Below, piece by piece: positions 62,118 to 64,000 of a stretch of DNA of 64,000 nt. Under the pieces are notes generated by a model. It saw only the letters and a list, made by a program, of their open reading frames with translations. It made no database searches and was not told the DNA's origin. The DNA comes from Oikopleura dioica. Taxonomy: Eukaryota > Animalia > Chordata. Every line of letters starts with the position of its first letter. Position 1 is the stretch's first letter. The DNA is taken from contig OU015567.1 in the NCBI GenBank assembly GCA_907165135.1, positions 13,082,001-13,146,000 of the forward strand, in the 5' to 3' direction. The position numbers were made by a program, and so were the translations under genes.

Positions 62118-62798
62118 ATAGAGCTCTTTTGCATCAATCATTAATTTCGGACCCAAATTTTCTGACAAATAAATTAAAATTTTTTCCGAGTTATTTTATT
62201 CGAAATTATCTGAGACAAGAGTAGCTATCAGATGAACGCCGCTAATACAGTAGATGACTGTATGATAATGGTTGCCTGACCTTGAGACAGAGTGAGAGGG
62301 TGCTCGGGCCAATAAGCGAGGGGCGAGGGTGGCTTTCCAATTCAGCGCTCTCCCGAGTCCGCCTCTTGTTTTCAACTCGAACTGCGCTGCTTTTCAGATT
62401 CCGAGAACTGTTTCGCTACTGAAGCAAATTTGGCCGCAGAGATTTTTCTTCCGGAAGAATTTCCTTGCTCTACAAACTTGTGAAAAAACAGATGATTCTT
62501 CGAACTTTTTATTCTTTATTTTTAATTAATTTCTGATTTTTTTACTAAAATATTTTAGAATTAAAATTGTCGTCTATAGCATATCAATTAATCCATGTAT
62601 AAATAGAAAATTGATAAAATCTCAAAAATAGCAAGTTCAAGAGCCACTTCCGTCTCAAAACTGGGGCTAATCCCTGTATTTTTCAATTATCGAGATTTCT
62701 CCAGTACGATCAAAGTCAATTTCAGACTGTGTGTATTGTTGCTGCGCAAGAAGCACTTACGAAAGAGGGTTGAGTTTTTTCCTGCACCGAGTAATTGT

Positions 62799-63541
62799 AT
62801 GAACAAAAGCCAGTGCTGCGCCGCTGCTAATGAGTGCCAAGAAGAAACGTCGCAAAATAGCCGTCAATCCGGCCCTGGCCAAGGTCGGAGAGTGCGGCCC
62901 GCAGTGTAAGAAAAGACAAATGGCCAACAAAATGATTATGGACAATGACAAACGACAAGTAAGTTCACCTCCTTTTTTCTAATGAAAACTTCAATCCCCA
63001 TTTCAGAGCTTCTCGAATCGGCTCCAAGCTCCAACCCTGGTCACTTTGGACGAACCAGGAGCACTTCTGCCCGAGCTAGGCGAGGAAACTGCGATCGATG
63101 TCAATGTCCATGGAGTTTGCCACGCACTACAATTTGGTATGACAAGTTCAACGAGCGAACCGATTTCTGACTGTCTTTTTTAGAATGCCTGCTTTTTGAA
63201 AAAGCAAAGGTGATCGTCGTGGAGGGCAATTCCGAGGCTACAGCTTCAAAACAGGCTTTCGTCGAACTTCTGAGGTAAGAAGAGGAATTCTATTATTGAT
63301 GGAAGTTGACCATACATATGTATAGTTTTTGCGAAGACGAGTTACAGTATCAAAGCTGCATGATGGCGATCCCCAAGAATCGATCGGACCTTCGAACGAC
63401 AGGTACACCTACTAGCATCATTAAAACAAAATTCTTATGGCCTATTTAGTTCGAAATTTGTGTCAATTTCTTGACTTCGAGCTCATCCCTCCCGCCGCCG
63501 GTTGGAGCGAGGATCACATCTATCTCGCCTTGGACTTCTGA
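62799..63541 (+). CDS. OAZ: Ornithine decarboxylase antizyme
   Basis: Exons 63007-63136, 63184-63274, 63326-63402 and 63450-63541 splice to ...ASKQAFVELLSFCEDEL...IPKNRSDL...LCQFLDFELIPP...YLALDF*, matching the antizyme C-terminal domain (SKxxF..LLEFAEE; KNR; FLGFE). Confidence 0.88.
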
Positions 63542-64000
63542 GCTTCTTGTTCAAATCTCCGAATCTTCTGCTCCTCAATGTTCATCTCTAAATGTTCAAA
63601 ATTAAACTTTAACAACACGAATAATGAAGATTACCATCATCTCATTACAAAATAGCCTCGTTTTCTCGTCGTTCCAATTCTCAATTTTTTTAATCCAGAT
63701 TCATAAATCAGCGTTTTCACGGCGATAAATTCAAGTTTTATTTAATAAGATAGGCATCAAGAAAACGAACCATCAAATGTCGCCTCAAGATCAAAGTTAA
63801 TTTTTCATTTTTCTTCAAATTTAATTTAAATTTCTAAAAGATTTTTAGAAATTCGACTATTCATTTTTACTAATAATAACTGATGTTTTATGGCTCATTT
63901 CAAGCGCGCTTATGTCTTTTACTCGGTTTTCAAATTTCAAATTGTTCATTTTTGTCAAGTTTATTCTCCAGTTTCTCAAGTTCTTAAGTTTTCTCATCTC

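Overview
Eukaryotic, very compact, intron-rich DNA, almost certainly the larvacean tunicate Oikopleura dioica or a close congener. Evidence: two exact copies of the 40-nt O. dioica spliced leader linked to 5S rRNA, mostly 30-100 nt introns including GA-AG types, and operon-like gene runs. Left to right: cadherin (-); SH2 tyrosine kinase (+); two unknown genes; WSCD-type sulfotransferase; ZP-domain protein; a triplicated cassette (HTH + alpha-crystallin-like gene followed by a homeodomain-like gene) split by a ~3 kb inverted pair of 5S-SL RNA units carrying foldback MITEs; a claudin with two alternative 3' halves; a small UFM1-like gene; a class A GPCR; a minus-strand run STKLD1-AUP1-UBAC2-Cys-rich gene-TTC14; plus-strand Tctex1-type, CAML, AGXT2, PREB, CDC5L and PSMA2 genes; two hAT-type MITEs; RPL39, POLR3F and RPLP1; a transmembrane Gla protein; a RING protein; and an ornithine decarboxylase antizyme. 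The antizyme lacks the canonical UCC-UGA shift site and can be spliced into a frameshift-free ORF, which is the most striking observation. All gene models were spliced by eye and no database search was run, so exon boundaries and family assignments need confirmation.
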